Source: Eubacteriales bacterium (GTDB lineage: Bacteria > Bacillota > Clostridia > Oscillospirales > CAG-272). Taken from it: a stretch of DNA of 53,895 bases. Below are positions 17,601-25,139 of the stretch, one piece after another (the first letter of the stretch is position 1; every line of letters begins with the position of its first letter). Both the position numbers and the translations under genes were made by a program. Location: positions 1-53,895 of the forward strand of contig JAZNAD010000119.1 of the NCBI GenBank assembly GCA_045586345.1. Direction: 5' to 3'. The notes beneath the pieces are model-generated. The model was not told where the DNA came from and made no database searches. It was given only the letters and a program-made list of their open reading frames with translations.

Positions 17601-17941
17601 CTCAGCTCCTGCCCAATGAGACGGAGGGAGGGCGGTGCATGCGCTCGGGGCTTCTGCTCTCGGATGAGGACAGTCTTCAGGCCATGGACCCCCGCCGCGA
17701 GGGACGCTTCATTCCCGTCAAGCTCAAAAAGGACGGCACGGTATCCAAGGCCTCGCTCAAAAGTCTCGCAACCCTCGAGGAGCTCGGCGAGATCATGGAC
17801 CGTGTGACCGAAGCCGTGAAGGACACCGCCCGCAGCCTGAAATGCGGCCTTGCTGACGCGATTCCTTTGCTCTCGGGAACCGGGCGCTTTGCCTGCACGG
17901 GCTGTGCCTATTATCCCGTCTGCCGTAATGCGGGGAGCTGA
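14654..17941 (+). CDS. addB: Helicase-exonuclease AddAB, subunit AddB
   Basis: 1096 aa. Walker A GPPGTGKT, RecB-type nuclease motif IDYKTGEK, and Fe-S cysteines (CPFSYFC near residue 790; CTGCAYYPVC at the C-terminus). ATG 14654 follows GGAGGGAGG. Confidence 0.85.
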   Translation: MLTLVFGPPGTGKTTLLWERIAEDLAAKRPAFLVVPEHTTVSVEATACRRLPPSAPLCFEVTNFTRLADTYFRRFGGVSERAADTETALLLLRDTVASLSPLLHDRRRITPQRILEVQAAVRELASAGVTPEALTQAAEEITENETLSRRLTDLSLILAAFEGALAAHGSRPTGSELSRLAEILRGAPPSGDTSFYFDGFTSFTAVQLHVLAAILPHAPVTVTLPMPERNETGCLAYAEIERTLRDLRRLAAECGSTVNTVSLTENRRTRPTVLREIAARLFTPRPAPLPEGEEETPDALRILECRTPFSEAELVAADIARRVHLGASYRDFAIIARSAESYRGVLDVALERHGIPAFFSLPSDLSAFEITKLIRTAYAVITGGGRREDVITYAKCGLSGIPADECDRLELYAERWGLSGRRLLRTPYTLSPSGYRTPRTEGEREALRTELSALEDTRRRLVAPLDILEKLCKGEFTVREHCTALYEFLSLLNVEKLLFDRAHRFAEESDAERADIYSRLFGEIAATLDRLVTLIPDSRLSLEDFSELLALLFASHSLGTIPQRSDAVTVGSADLLRPNEPRHIYLIGVNADVFPRTKETGGVFSAAEILLLGEHGIVLDGDEVVRISREWFCFLRAFLAASETVTLSYTLSDLAYVPVGRSEALDRILAMTGNRFPIRREEEIAPLDLVFTKEAALFALGKPMAKSERATLLASLAPSAEAAEHLRSARAPLVEPVARVSSEAMNTLLGQSISLTQSRIDTYVGCPFSYFCRHVLSLDEEQGTTLRSADIGNYVHAVMEELLAGGIPDGEAIPARIGEITEAYLATLFPEGAEIPARIRHRFLRLSRLVIRLAAELAEELETCDFSPILFEYEPSATDEREAAPPVFTLEDGTRVTVYGKIDRVDICRKNGNAYLRVIDYKTGEKIFSLENIARGRDLQLLLYLFALWKCDRPRFLERLGVGEGGRVIPAGVLYLNLSLATPQLLPNETEGGRCMRSGLLLSDEDSLQAMDPRREGRFIPVKLKKDGTVSKASLKSLATLEELGEIMDRVTEAVKDTARSLKCGLADAIPLLSGTGRFACTGCAYYPVCRNAGS

Positions 17942-18005
17942 CCCAACGTTTTTCTCCCCTTAGTTTTTCTACTGAAAAATATATTATTTCCTTTGGAGGT
18001 CTACT

Positions 18006-19559
18006 ATGTCTATGTCCGAATCCATTCCTTCGTCCGACGTGTCGGGAGCGGGTGATACCGCCTTTGAGATCGTCTCGATGATCCCCACGCTCCTTCTCGC
18101 GATGATCGCTGTCCTGACCGTTTTCGGGGTGCTCCTCGGTCTTATGCGAGGGCTCCGCAAATCGGTAATGCGCGTTATCACCATCGCGGCCGCGCTCGTC
18201 CTTGCGCTTATCATCTCGGGCAGCCTCACACCGATGGTGTCCGAGTACGTGCTCCCGCTCATTGACGAGGAGTTCCTTGAGATCCTCGACTCTCTCCCGT
18301 CGGTCCTGCCCTTTGTTCTGGGACTTGTGCGCCCCTTGGCCTTTGTCATCGTCTTCTTTGCTCTCACGATCGTCCTTTGGTTCGTGTATTTCTTCCTCTC
18401 GATCGTGCTGTCCCCGAAGGCGAGGGCCGATGAAAACGGCAAAAAGATCCCCCCGAAGAAGCGCCGCCTTTTCGGTGCGCTTGTCGGCGGTGCGCAGGGC
18501 TTCCTCGTGGCGGCGGTTCTCTTGACGCCTCTGCTCGGCTACTTCTCGCTGGCCACGGATATGATGGAAACCGTCATTGAGAGTGCCGATCCCGAGGATG
18601 CCATGCTTGAGGACGTAGCGCCCATCTACGAGGACGTATTGCTCCCGATCCGCAAGAGCTTCCCGGTCAATACCGTCACCGTCGTCACAAAGCCCCTCTT
18701 CCGCTCGGTCTCCTCCTTCCGCCTTGACGGCGACAAGGTGAACCTTGAGGAGGAGCTTGGCATCTTCTACTCGGCCATTCAGCGCATAACGTCGCTCTCG
18801 GACAGCGAGGGCCTCGGTGAGAAGGAGGTCGGCGCGATCCGCGAGGTAATGAAGCTCCTCGAGGAGTCGACGCTCTTTACGAGCTTCGCGACTGAGGCGG
18901 TTGCCGGAATGGGCGAGGCATGGCAGAACGACGAGGAGTTCCTCTCGATCGGCCACCCGAGCATCGACGAGCAGATTGATCCTCTCTTTGACGGCCTTTC
19001 CACCATCTTCGCCACCACCACCAAGGACACCCTGGCGGGCGACATCGATTCCTTCCTTGACCTTCTCGATCTCGTCGTTGCATACGGTCTGACCGAGGGC
19101 GAAGGGGACGACTTCTTCACCAAGATGACTACCCCGATGCCAGAAAACGGAGATAAGACCTTCGTCACCGCCGCCCTCGATGTTCTCGATGCCAATCCCC
19201 GTATGGCCCCCCTGCGCTCGGGCATCACGGCGATCGGTATGAGCGTTGTCGGTGAGCAGCTGAACCTCGGCACCCCCGAGGAGATCCGCGAGAATTACGG
19301 TGAGCTTGCGACCGAGGCGGTCGAGATCCTCCGGGATCTGCCCGGCGAGACCAGCGAGGAGAAGATCGAGGCCCTGAAGACCCCGATCCAAGAGGAGCTG
19401 GCCCGTCAGGAGATCGAGGTTCCCGAGGAGATCGTGGAGGAGGCCTCGCGCTTCTTCCTTGACGAGCTGGAAAAGAAGGATATTGCCCTTGAGGACGTAA
19501 CCGAGGAGGACATTTTTGCGATCCTCGAATTGCTCTCCTCGGGCGCTGATTCCGAATAA
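18006..19559 (+). CDS. Membrane protein with CvpA-like N-terminal TM domain and long acidic C-terminal domain
   Basis: 517 aa with about 4-5 TM segments in the first 190 aa. The remainder is soluble, D/E-rich and helical. GGAGGT RBS lies 5 nt upstream. Confidence 0.5.
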   Translation: MSMSESIPSSDVSGAGDTAFEIVSMIPTLLLAMIAVLTVFGVLLGLMRGLRKSVMRVITIAAALVLALIISGSLTPMVSEYVLPLIDEEFLEILDSLPSVLPFVLGLVRPLAFVIVFFALTIVLWFVYFFLSIVLSPKARADENGKKIPPKKRRLFGALVGGAQGFLVAAVLLTPLLGYFSLATDMMETVIESADPEDAMLEDVAPIYEDVLLPIRKSFPVNTVTVVTKPLFRSVSSFRLDGDKVNLEEELGIFYSAIQRITSLSDSEGLGEKEVGAIREVMKLLEESTLFTSFATEAVAGMGEAWQNDEEFLSIGHPSIDEQIDPLFDGLSTIFATTTKDTLAGDIDSFLDLLDLVVAYGLTEGEGDDFFTKMTTPMPENGDKTFVTAALDVLDANPRMAPLRSGITAIGMSVVGEQLNLGTPEEIRENYGELATEAVEILRDLPGETSEEKIEALKTPIQEELARQEIEVPEEIVEEASRFFLDELEKKDIALEDVTEEDIFAILELLSSGADSE

Positions 19560-19607
19560 GCCTTTGGGGGCGGCCTGCGCCGCCCCCTATCCCTTGAAAG
19601 GATCTGT

Positions 19608-21833
19608 ATGAAAACCGAATTCACCGTTACGGGAATGGCGTGTGCCGCCTGTGCCAGGCACGTGGAGCGCGCGGTGCTCGATCTCCCCTTTGTGTCGGAG
19701 GTCAGCGTCAGCCTCATCACGGGCGTTCTCCGCGTGACGCATACGGGCTCCCCCGAGGAGATCGCCGCAGCCGTCCGAGGGGTGGGCTACGGTGCCGAGG
19801 TGCGCGAGCGAGGAGCTGCTGCCATCCCGATTGCTGCCGTTGTCACGTGGCGCGACCTTGGGCGCCTTTCCTTCCTTTTTGTGCTGACGCTTCTCCTTTT
19901 TCTTCTCGCGATGGGGCCGATGCTCGGTATCGGACGGCCGTCCTTCCTCGACCCTGACCGAGGGGGAGGGCGGTGGCTGCTTTTGACCGAGTGCCTGCTC
20001 GCCCTGCCCTCGCTCTGGCTCGGCCGCCGCTACTTTGTGCGTGGCGCAGCCTCGCTCCTGCACCGTGCACCCACAATGGATACCCTCGTGTCGCTCGGGG
20101 CGGGGGTGGCCTTCCTGCACGGGGCGGTACTGACCGTCATGGCCTTCCTCATCCCCGACCGTGCGGCTGACTATGCCGCTTCCGTCAATCTTGAGGCGTG
20201 TGCCATGATCCTCTTCTTCGTGACGGTCGGGAAGACCCTCGAGGGGCGTGCCAAGGACAAAACGGCCGAGGCCCTGCGAGCGCTTTCGGCACTCGCCCCC
20301 AAGGCGGCCACCGTCCTCCGTGACGGCCGCGAGGTCGCGGTCGATGCCGCCGACCTCCGCCAAGGTGACCTCGTTCTTTTGCGCACGGGGGAGGCCGCCC
20401 CGGCCGACGGAAGCGTCGTTGAAGGAAACGGCTCGATGAACGAGGCCATGCTGACGGGCGAGAGCCTGCCCGTCGATAAGCAATGCGGCGCGCCGGTGAA
20501 GGCCGGATGCCTTCTTGAGGACGGGCACCTCATCTTCTCGGTGGAGGCCTCGGGCGAGGATACCGCCCTTGCCGAGATGATCCGCACGGTGAGCGAGGCG
20601 GCCGCCTCGCAGGCGCCCATCGCGCGCCTGGCCGACCGCGTCAGCGCGATCTTTGTACCCGCGGTCACGGGCATTGCCGCCCTCACGTTTTTTCTTTTCT
20701 CGCTGGTCACGGGAGATCTTGGCGCGGCACTCTCGCACGCCATCAGCGTTCTCGTGATCTCCTGCCCCTGCGCTCTCGGGCTTGCGACGCCGACGGCCAT
20801 CATGGCGTCCACCGGGCGTGCGGCAAGGGACGGTATCCTTGTCAAGAGCGCCGAGGCCCTCGAGATGCTTGGGCGCATTGATACGGTGGCCTTCGATAAA
20901 ACCGGCACCGTTACGACGGGCGTAATGCAGGTCGTGGCCCTTTGCCCGACCGAGGGCGTGGGTGAAGGCGAGCTCCTTGGGATCGCCGCCGCTCTCGAGG
21001 CCGCCTCGAGCCATCCTCTGGCCGTGGCCATACGGAGGCACGCCGAGGAGAGGGGCGTCACACCGCCCGTAGCCGAGGGCTTTATCACGGTCGAGGGGCG
21101 CGGTCTTGCCGCCGATATCGGCGATGACCGTTGCTTTGCCGGGAACGCTGCCTTGCTTGCCGAGGACGTAGGGATGGATCTCTCTCCTCTTGACGGAGCG
21201 GCCGAGCGGCTTCTTTCCGAGGGGTGCAGTCTCGTCTATCTCGGGCGCGAGGAGACCCTGCTCGGTGTTATCGGCATTGCCGACGCGGCGCGGCCGAGCG
21301 CGCGACCGACCGTCGAGGCTCTGTCGGCTCTCGGCATCGACACGGTAATGCTGACGGGCGACAATCCGCGCGCTGCCGCCAAGATCAGCCGAGAGGTGGG
21401 GATCGCCAAGATCCGCGCAGGGCTCTTACCCGAGGGTAAGGCCGAGGCTATTGCCACCCTCCGCCGTGAGGGACGTCGCGTGGCGATGGTGGGGGATGGG
21501 ATCAACGATGCCCTGCCCCTTGTCAGCGCCGACCTCGGGATCGCCATCGGGGCAGGGGCCGACGCCGCCATTGCCTCGGCCGACGTGGTGCTCCGCCGCA
21601 GTGACCCCCACGATGCACTTGCTGCTCTCCGTCTCGGACGGCGCACCCTGCGCATCATTAAGCAAAATCTCTTCTTTGCGCTGGTCTACAATTCGATCTG
21701 CATCCCGATCGCTGCCGGTGCTCTTCTCCCCCTCGGTATTGCGCTTTCGCCCGGCCTTTCGGCTGCCGCCATGTCGCTCTCCTCGCTCTTTGTTGTAAGC
21801 AACTCGCTGCGCCTTGCAAGGACGGGACAGTGA
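19608..21833 (+). CDS. copA: Copper-translocating P1B-type ATPase
   Basis: N-terminal GMACAAC metal-binding domain, TGES, CPC in TM6, DKTGT, GDGINDA, and the YN and M..SS signatures of Cu(I) pumps. Confidence 0.9.
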   Translation: MKTEFTVTGMACAACARHVERAVLDLPFVSEVSVSLITGVLRVTHTGSPEEIAAAVRGVGYGAEVRERGAAAIPIAAVVTWRDLGRLSFLFVLTLLLFLLAMGPMLGIGRPSFLDPDRGGGRWLLLTECLLALPSLWLGRRYFVRGAASLLHRAPTMDTLVSLGAGVAFLHGAVLTVMAFLIPDRAADYAASVNLEACAMILFFVTVGKTLEGRAKDKTAEALRALSALAPKAATVLRDGREVAVDAADLRQGDLVLLRTGEAAPADGSVVEGNGSMNEAMLTGESLPVDKQCGAPVKAGCLLEDGHLIFSVEASGEDTALAEMIRTVSEAAASQAPIARLADRVSAIFVPAVTGIAALTFFLFSLVTGDLGAALSHAISVLVISCPCALGLATPTAIMASTGRAARDGILVKSAEALEMLGRIDTVAFDKTGTVTTGVMQVVALCPTEGVGEGELLGIAAALEAASSHPLAVAIRRHAEERGVTPPVAEGFITVEGRGLAADIGDDRCFAGNAALLAEDVGMDLSPLDGAAERLLSEGCSLVYLGREETLLGVIGIADAARPSARPTVEALSALGIDTVMLTGDNPRAAAKISREVGIAKIRAGLLPEGKAEAIATLRREGRRVAMVGDGINDALPLVSADLGIAIGAGADAAIASADVVLRRSDPHDALAALRLGRRTLRIIKQNLFFALVYNSICIPIAAGALLPLGIALSPGLSAAAMSLSSLFVVSNSLRLARTGQ

Positions 21834-21885
21834 TCCTTCCTGCGAATGGAAGAGCCTCCTATTTGAAGCAGTGTACCCCGTGCGC

Positions 21886-21914
21886 TTGACTTTTTTCGCG
21901 GAGCATGCTATAAT
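21886..21914 (+). promoter_or_regulatory. SigA-type promoter
   Basis: TTGACT (21886-21891), 17-bp spacer, TATAAT (21909-21914). Confidence 0.55.
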
Positions 21915-21949
21915 AATCGCGAAGAATTCTCAACAAGGAGGCTTCTATC

Positions 21950-22279
21950 ATGAAAAAATTTATTCTTCTGGTCATTGCTCTCCTTCTCTTTTTGGCGGCG
22001 ACGATCTTCTCCGGTATTCTCCTCTACGACATCCTTATGTTGCCGGAAAATCCGGAAGGGGTGAGTGAAAGCATTGGGAAGGGACTTTCGATCGCCATCT
22101 CGGTCATCCTCTTTGCGATTGCCGCGATCGTGCAGGGGCTCTCGGCGCTTCTTTCACTGATCGGGCTGATCGTCAGCAAAAGGCGCTGTGCCGCCGGGGG
22201 CGTTATCGCCCTGTACGCGGTACAGACTGTTCTGCCCATCGTTTGTGCCGCGATCCCCTTCCTTCTTCTGCCGCTTTAA
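21950..22279 (+). CDS. Small membrane protein (109 aa), hypothetical
   Basis: AAGGAGG RBS, three hydrophobic segments, followed by a strong terminator. Confidence 0.5.
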   Translation: MKKFILLVIALLLFLAATIFSGILLYDILMLPENPEGVSESIGKGLSIAISVILFAIAAIVQGLSALLSLIGLIVSKRRCAAGGVIALYAVQTVLPIVCAAIPFLLLPL

Positions 22280-22290
22280 GGAGCAAGTCT

Positions 22291-22321
22291 AAAAAAGGCC
22301 TTCAGCTTGAAGGCCTTTTTA
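22291..22321 (+). terminator. Rho-independent terminator
   Basis: AAGGCCTTCA/TGAAGGCCTT stem with a T5 tail and an upstream A-run. Confidence 0.75.
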
Positions 22322-22382
22322 TGTTCGCTTCTTTCCAACCTTTCTCATATACTGTATTAAGATCAGTGAAAGGGAGGGTATA

Positions 22383-23201
22383 ATGAGAAGACAAGAGCGA
22401 GGCTGCAGAGCCAACGAGACGGACGCGCGCGCTACCGAAAGGTGCTCACGCCGTTCCGAGTGCTGTCCCTGCCGCGAGGGGCCGCAGGGTCCTCGGGGAT
22501 ATCAGGGGTTGCGCGGTGTTCCGGGGGCGACCGGCCCGCAAGGACCGCAGGGAGAGACCGGCCCTATGGGCCCCCGTGGACCGCAGGGAGAGACGGGGCC
22601 TTGCGGAGCGCAGGGTGAGAGGGGCGAGGTTGGGCCTATGGGGCCGCGAGGGCCGCAGGGGGTAGCAGGGCCGCGCGGAGCGACCGGGCCACAGGGCGGG
22701 ATCGGCCCTATGGGCCCCCGTGGGCCGCAGGGAGCAACGGGGCCGCGAGGGCCACAGGGGCTCCCCGGAGGTAGCGGTGCGCCCTTAGGTCTTGCCGACT
22801 TCTATGCCATGATGCCACCCGACAATGCGTGCCCCATCGCACCCGGCGATGAGCTCGCCCTGCCGCGAGACGGCGAGTGCTCGGGACGCGGAGCTGTGCG
22901 GTGCGGGCCCTCGGGCTTTCAGCTTACTGCGGGGCGCTATCTCGTCCTTTGGAATGCCACTGTCAGCGGTCGGGGGCAAACCGTTTTGGCGCTCGACGGG
23001 CGCGAGCTCACACACACGACCGTCGGGAGTGAGGCCGAAGGAGGTATGCTCTCGGGGGTCGCGGTGATCGCGGTGGGATGTGGGGGAGCGGTGCTTTCCT
23101 TGCGCAATCCAAGGAGCGCCGCAGCCCCCCTTCTTCTGTCTCCGAGCGCAGGCGGACAGAGCGTGGCCTCGGCGCATCTTGTGATCGTGCGCGTCGGCTG
23201 A
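22383..23201 (+). CDS. Collagen-like triple-helix repeat protein with BclA-type C-terminal globular domain
   Basis: 34 uninterrupted G-X-Y triplets. The C-terminal ~140 aa (FYAMMPPDN....IAPGD...[30 protein letters not shown]......LLLSP.AGG....SAHLVIV) resembles BclA/C1q-like domains. Confidence 0.75.
   Translation: MRRQERGCRANETDARATERCSRRSECCPCREGPQGPRGYQGLRGVPGATGPQGPQGETGPMGPRGPQGETGPCGAQGERGEVGPMGPRGPQGVAGPRGATGPQGGIGPMGPRGPQGATGPRGPQGLPGGSGAPLGLADFYAMMPPDNACPIAPGDELALPRDGECSGRGAVRCGPSGFQLTAGRYLVLWNATVSGRGQTVLALDGRELTHTTVGSEAEGGMLSGVAVIAVGCGGAVLSLRNPRSAAAPLLLSPSAGGQSVASAHLVIVRVG
22479..22784 (+). repeat. GXY collagen repeat region with near-identical internal nucleotide repeats
   Basis: 102 codons of Gly-X-Y. 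GGCCCTATGGGCCCCCGTGGRCCGCAGGGAG recurs at about 22560 and about 22700. Confidence 0.8.
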
Positions 23202-23314
23202 CTGCACGCCGCGCCCTGACAGCAAGGGTTTTCTCCTTTTTTCTTCTCCATGTGAGGAAATTTAGAAAAAGGCTTGACAAGAGTACCTTTTTCGGCTATA
23301 ATTAATTTCACTAC

Positions 23315-23408
23315 GGAGAAGTACTCAAGTTGGCCGAAGAGGCGCCCCTGCTAAGGGTGTAGGTCGGGTTTAACCGGCGCGAGAGTTCAAATCTCTCCTT
23401 CTCCGCCA
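23315..23408 (+). tRNA. tRNA-Ser (anticodon GCU), CCA encoded
   Basis: Acceptor GGAGAAG/CTTCTCC, anticodon stem CGCCC/GGGTG with loop CTGCTAA, long variable arm, T-arm GAGAG-TTCAAAT-CTCTC, discriminator G + CCA. Confidence 0.9.
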
Positions 23409-23411
23409 AAG

Positions 23412-23444
23412 AAAAACGCCCCCATTTCGGGGGCGTTTTTCTTT
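23412..23444 (+). terminator. Rho-independent terminator after tRNA-Ser
   Basis: ACGCCCCC/GGGGGCGT stem followed by TTTTTCTTT. Confidence 0.75.
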
Positions 23445-23673
23445 GGCGCGGAGCGATTTGCCCTCTCTTGCGCCGCCGAGCACCGCGAGGCGGCGCAGAT
23501 AAGCAAGGCAAGGCGGATCGGGGAGCTTGCTCACCAGGCCGCCTGCCGCCGCTTGCTCCGTGGCGGCTCGTTGCCAAACGAGCGGTGGGCGCAGCCCCAA
23601 GGGTGCGCAGCACACTTGCGCCACATAGGAGCAGAGTGAGGGGGCAAAACGCGACGAAAACTGAGGTTTTTTC

Positions 23674-23703
23674 AAAAAAGCACCCCTTGTGGGTGCTTTT
23701 TTT
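23674..23703. terminator. Orphan bidirectional terminator
   Basis: A6-GCACCC-CTTGT-GGGTGC-T7. No CDS lies between the tRNA terminator and this hairpin. Confidence 0.6.
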
Positions 23704-23756
23704 ATGGCGAGGGGATTTTCTTTCTTCCTTTTTATCGCTTTATCGTGCGCAAGGGG

Positions 23757-23785
23757 TTGAATTTCCCTGCCGTTTCTGCTATACT
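23757..23785 (+). promoter_or_regulatory. SigA-type promoter of the lipoprotein gene
   Basis: TTGAAT (23757-23762), 17-bp spacer, TATACT (23780-23785). Confidence 0.5.
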
Positions 23786-23843
23786 AAAGCCGCTGGGCTA
23801 TAAAACAGCTTCGATCACTCATTTTTATTTTTTGGAGGTTCTT

Positions 23844-24974
23844 ATGAAACGACTGCTGGGGACACTGCTGACTCTTTGCCTTTTGCTTTCCTGCATGCTG
23901 GCCTTCACGGCCTGCGGCGGCACCGGCAAGGGCATGACAAAAGAAGAATGGAACGCGGCGTTGGATCTGACCAATGCCACCAAGATCGCCTGCACCATTG
24001 ATTACGGAGACTGCATCCGCGAGGTCAAATACAACGGCGAGAGCTATTCGGAGATCATGCGATCGCCCGAGAGCGAGGAGACGACCAGCGATACCCGCTG
24101 GATCAAGGACGGCGACGACTACCTTGTCTACCACAAGGAGGGCGATGACGCGTGGCAGGAGACTACGGTCACGGCGCGCGATTTTTCGGAGGCGCTTGCA
24201 ATTTCGAGCTCCACCTATTTTTGCAACTATGCCGCGCTCTTCCCCCTGGAGCAGCTCACCCTGAACGGCAATACCGGCATCTATGAAGCCGCCGAGGTCT
24301 CGCTTTCGGTCGATGGGGCTATCGGCGATCTCGGATATACCTACTATAACGTGAAGATCACCCTCGAAAACAAAAAGGTCGCAAGGATCGAGTATACGGA
24401 TGCCAAGCAAATGCACCACGTCCTGACCTTTGCCTTTGACGGCATTGAGATCGTTGCCCCCATTGACCCGCGTCCGGTGGGCCCCCTGGCAACCGAGGAG
24501 GCATGGAACGCCGCCCTAGATCTCTCCGCCTTTGACAACGTATCGATCGTTCAGATGCAGGGGAATACCGCCATCAGCACCTTCAAGTGGGACGGCACGA
24601 ACCTGTACACAGAGGCCTCCGGCGTTTGCATCCTTGTCATCAAGGAGGGCGACAGCTATTACACCTACACAAAAATGCCGAATACGGGCTGGGGCGAGAA
24701 GACCTCCGCCACCGAGGCAACGTACAATGCGTATATCAACGCCTACCTGAAAAACTCGGAGATCTATCATTTTGACGATTTCCGATACGATCCGACGGAG
24801 GATCACTACGAAGCGGATGCCATCGACCAGACCGGTGATGGCGTGACGGTCACGATCACCGATGTCAGGATCCACTTCACGGACAATAAGCCCGACACGA
24901 TCTCGTATTCGTATGCGGGGAGCACGATGGTGATGACGTATTCCTACACCGACGTGACGATCGACATTCCGTAA
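23844..24974 (+). CDS. Lipoprotein with internally duplicated domain, function unknown
   Basis: ATG 23844 follows GGAGG. Lipobox LAFTACG. Two ~175-aa halves each begin EEWNAALDL. / EEAWNAALDL. Confidence 0.6.
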   Translation: MKRLLGTLLTLCLLLSCMLAFTACGGTGKGMTKEEWNAALDLTNATKIACTIDYGDCIREVKYNGESYSEIMRSPESEETTSDTRWIKDGDDYLVYHKEGDDAWQETTVTARDFSEALAISSSTYFCNYAALFPLEQLTLNGNTGIYEAAEVSLSVDGAIGDLGYTYYNVKITLENKKVARIEYTDAKQMHHVLTFAFDGIEIVAPIDPRPVGPLATEEAWNAALDLSAFDNVSIVQMQGNTAISTFKWDGTNLYTEASGVCILVIKEGDSYYTYTKMPNTGWGEKTSATEATYNAYINAYLKNSEIYHFDDFRYDPTEDHYEADAIDQTGDGVTVTITDVRIHFTDNKPDTISYSYAGSTMVMTYSYTDVTIDIP

Positions 24975-25025
24975 GCGATGCTCCATAAGGGACTCGCTTA
25001 CCTCGAACGAAGTCCCAAAAATCTT

Positions 25026-25066
25026 AAAAAGAGCTTGTATCCCACACGGGATACAAGCTCTTTTTT
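25026..25066 (+). terminator. Rho-independent terminator of the lipoprotein gene
   Basis: 13-bp stem GAGCTTGTATCCC/GGGATACAAGCTC, loop ACAC, T6 tail. Confidence 0.8.
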
Positions 25067-25104
25067 CAAGGTATGGCAAGGCAGTAAAAAAATGAAGGCA
25101 TTCC

Positions 25105-25139
25105 AAAAAGGAAGAGTGCGTGCACACTCTTCCTTTTTT
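25105..25139 (-). terminator. Terminator at the 3' end of the minus-strand polysaccharide operon
   Basis: GGAAGAGTG/CACTCTTCC stem flanked by A5/T6, immediately downstream of the stop at 25138-25140. Confidence 0.75.

Noticed and set aside
17793-19391. Very long antisense ORFs opposite recognised genes. Examples: 17793..19391(-), 19587..21041(-), 20171..21088(-), 10771..11718(+), 26731..27771(+), 38675..40198(+), 44670..45923(+), 45910..47142(+), 46791..47954(+), 1071..2267(-), 24516..25577(-), 5320..6024(-), 7169..7999(-).
   Set aside because: Each lies opposite a gene with clear family motifs. Their translations are R/G/A/P/H-rich low-complexity strings with no motifs and no RBS. Long stop-free antisense frames are expected in high-GC DNA.
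19566-19587. CsoR/CopY operator in front of copA.
   Set aside because: CopY boxes (TACAnnTGTA) are absent. CsoR sites I recall have C-tract-then-G-tract symmetry, whereas this repeat is G-tract-then-C-tract. I treat it as an unexplained hairpin only.
22323-22382. Sporulation (SigK/SigE) promoter upstream of the collagen-like gene.
   Set aside because: CATATACTG resembles but does not fit CATAnnnTA, and no correctly spaced -35 AC element is present. I cannot support the call by eye.
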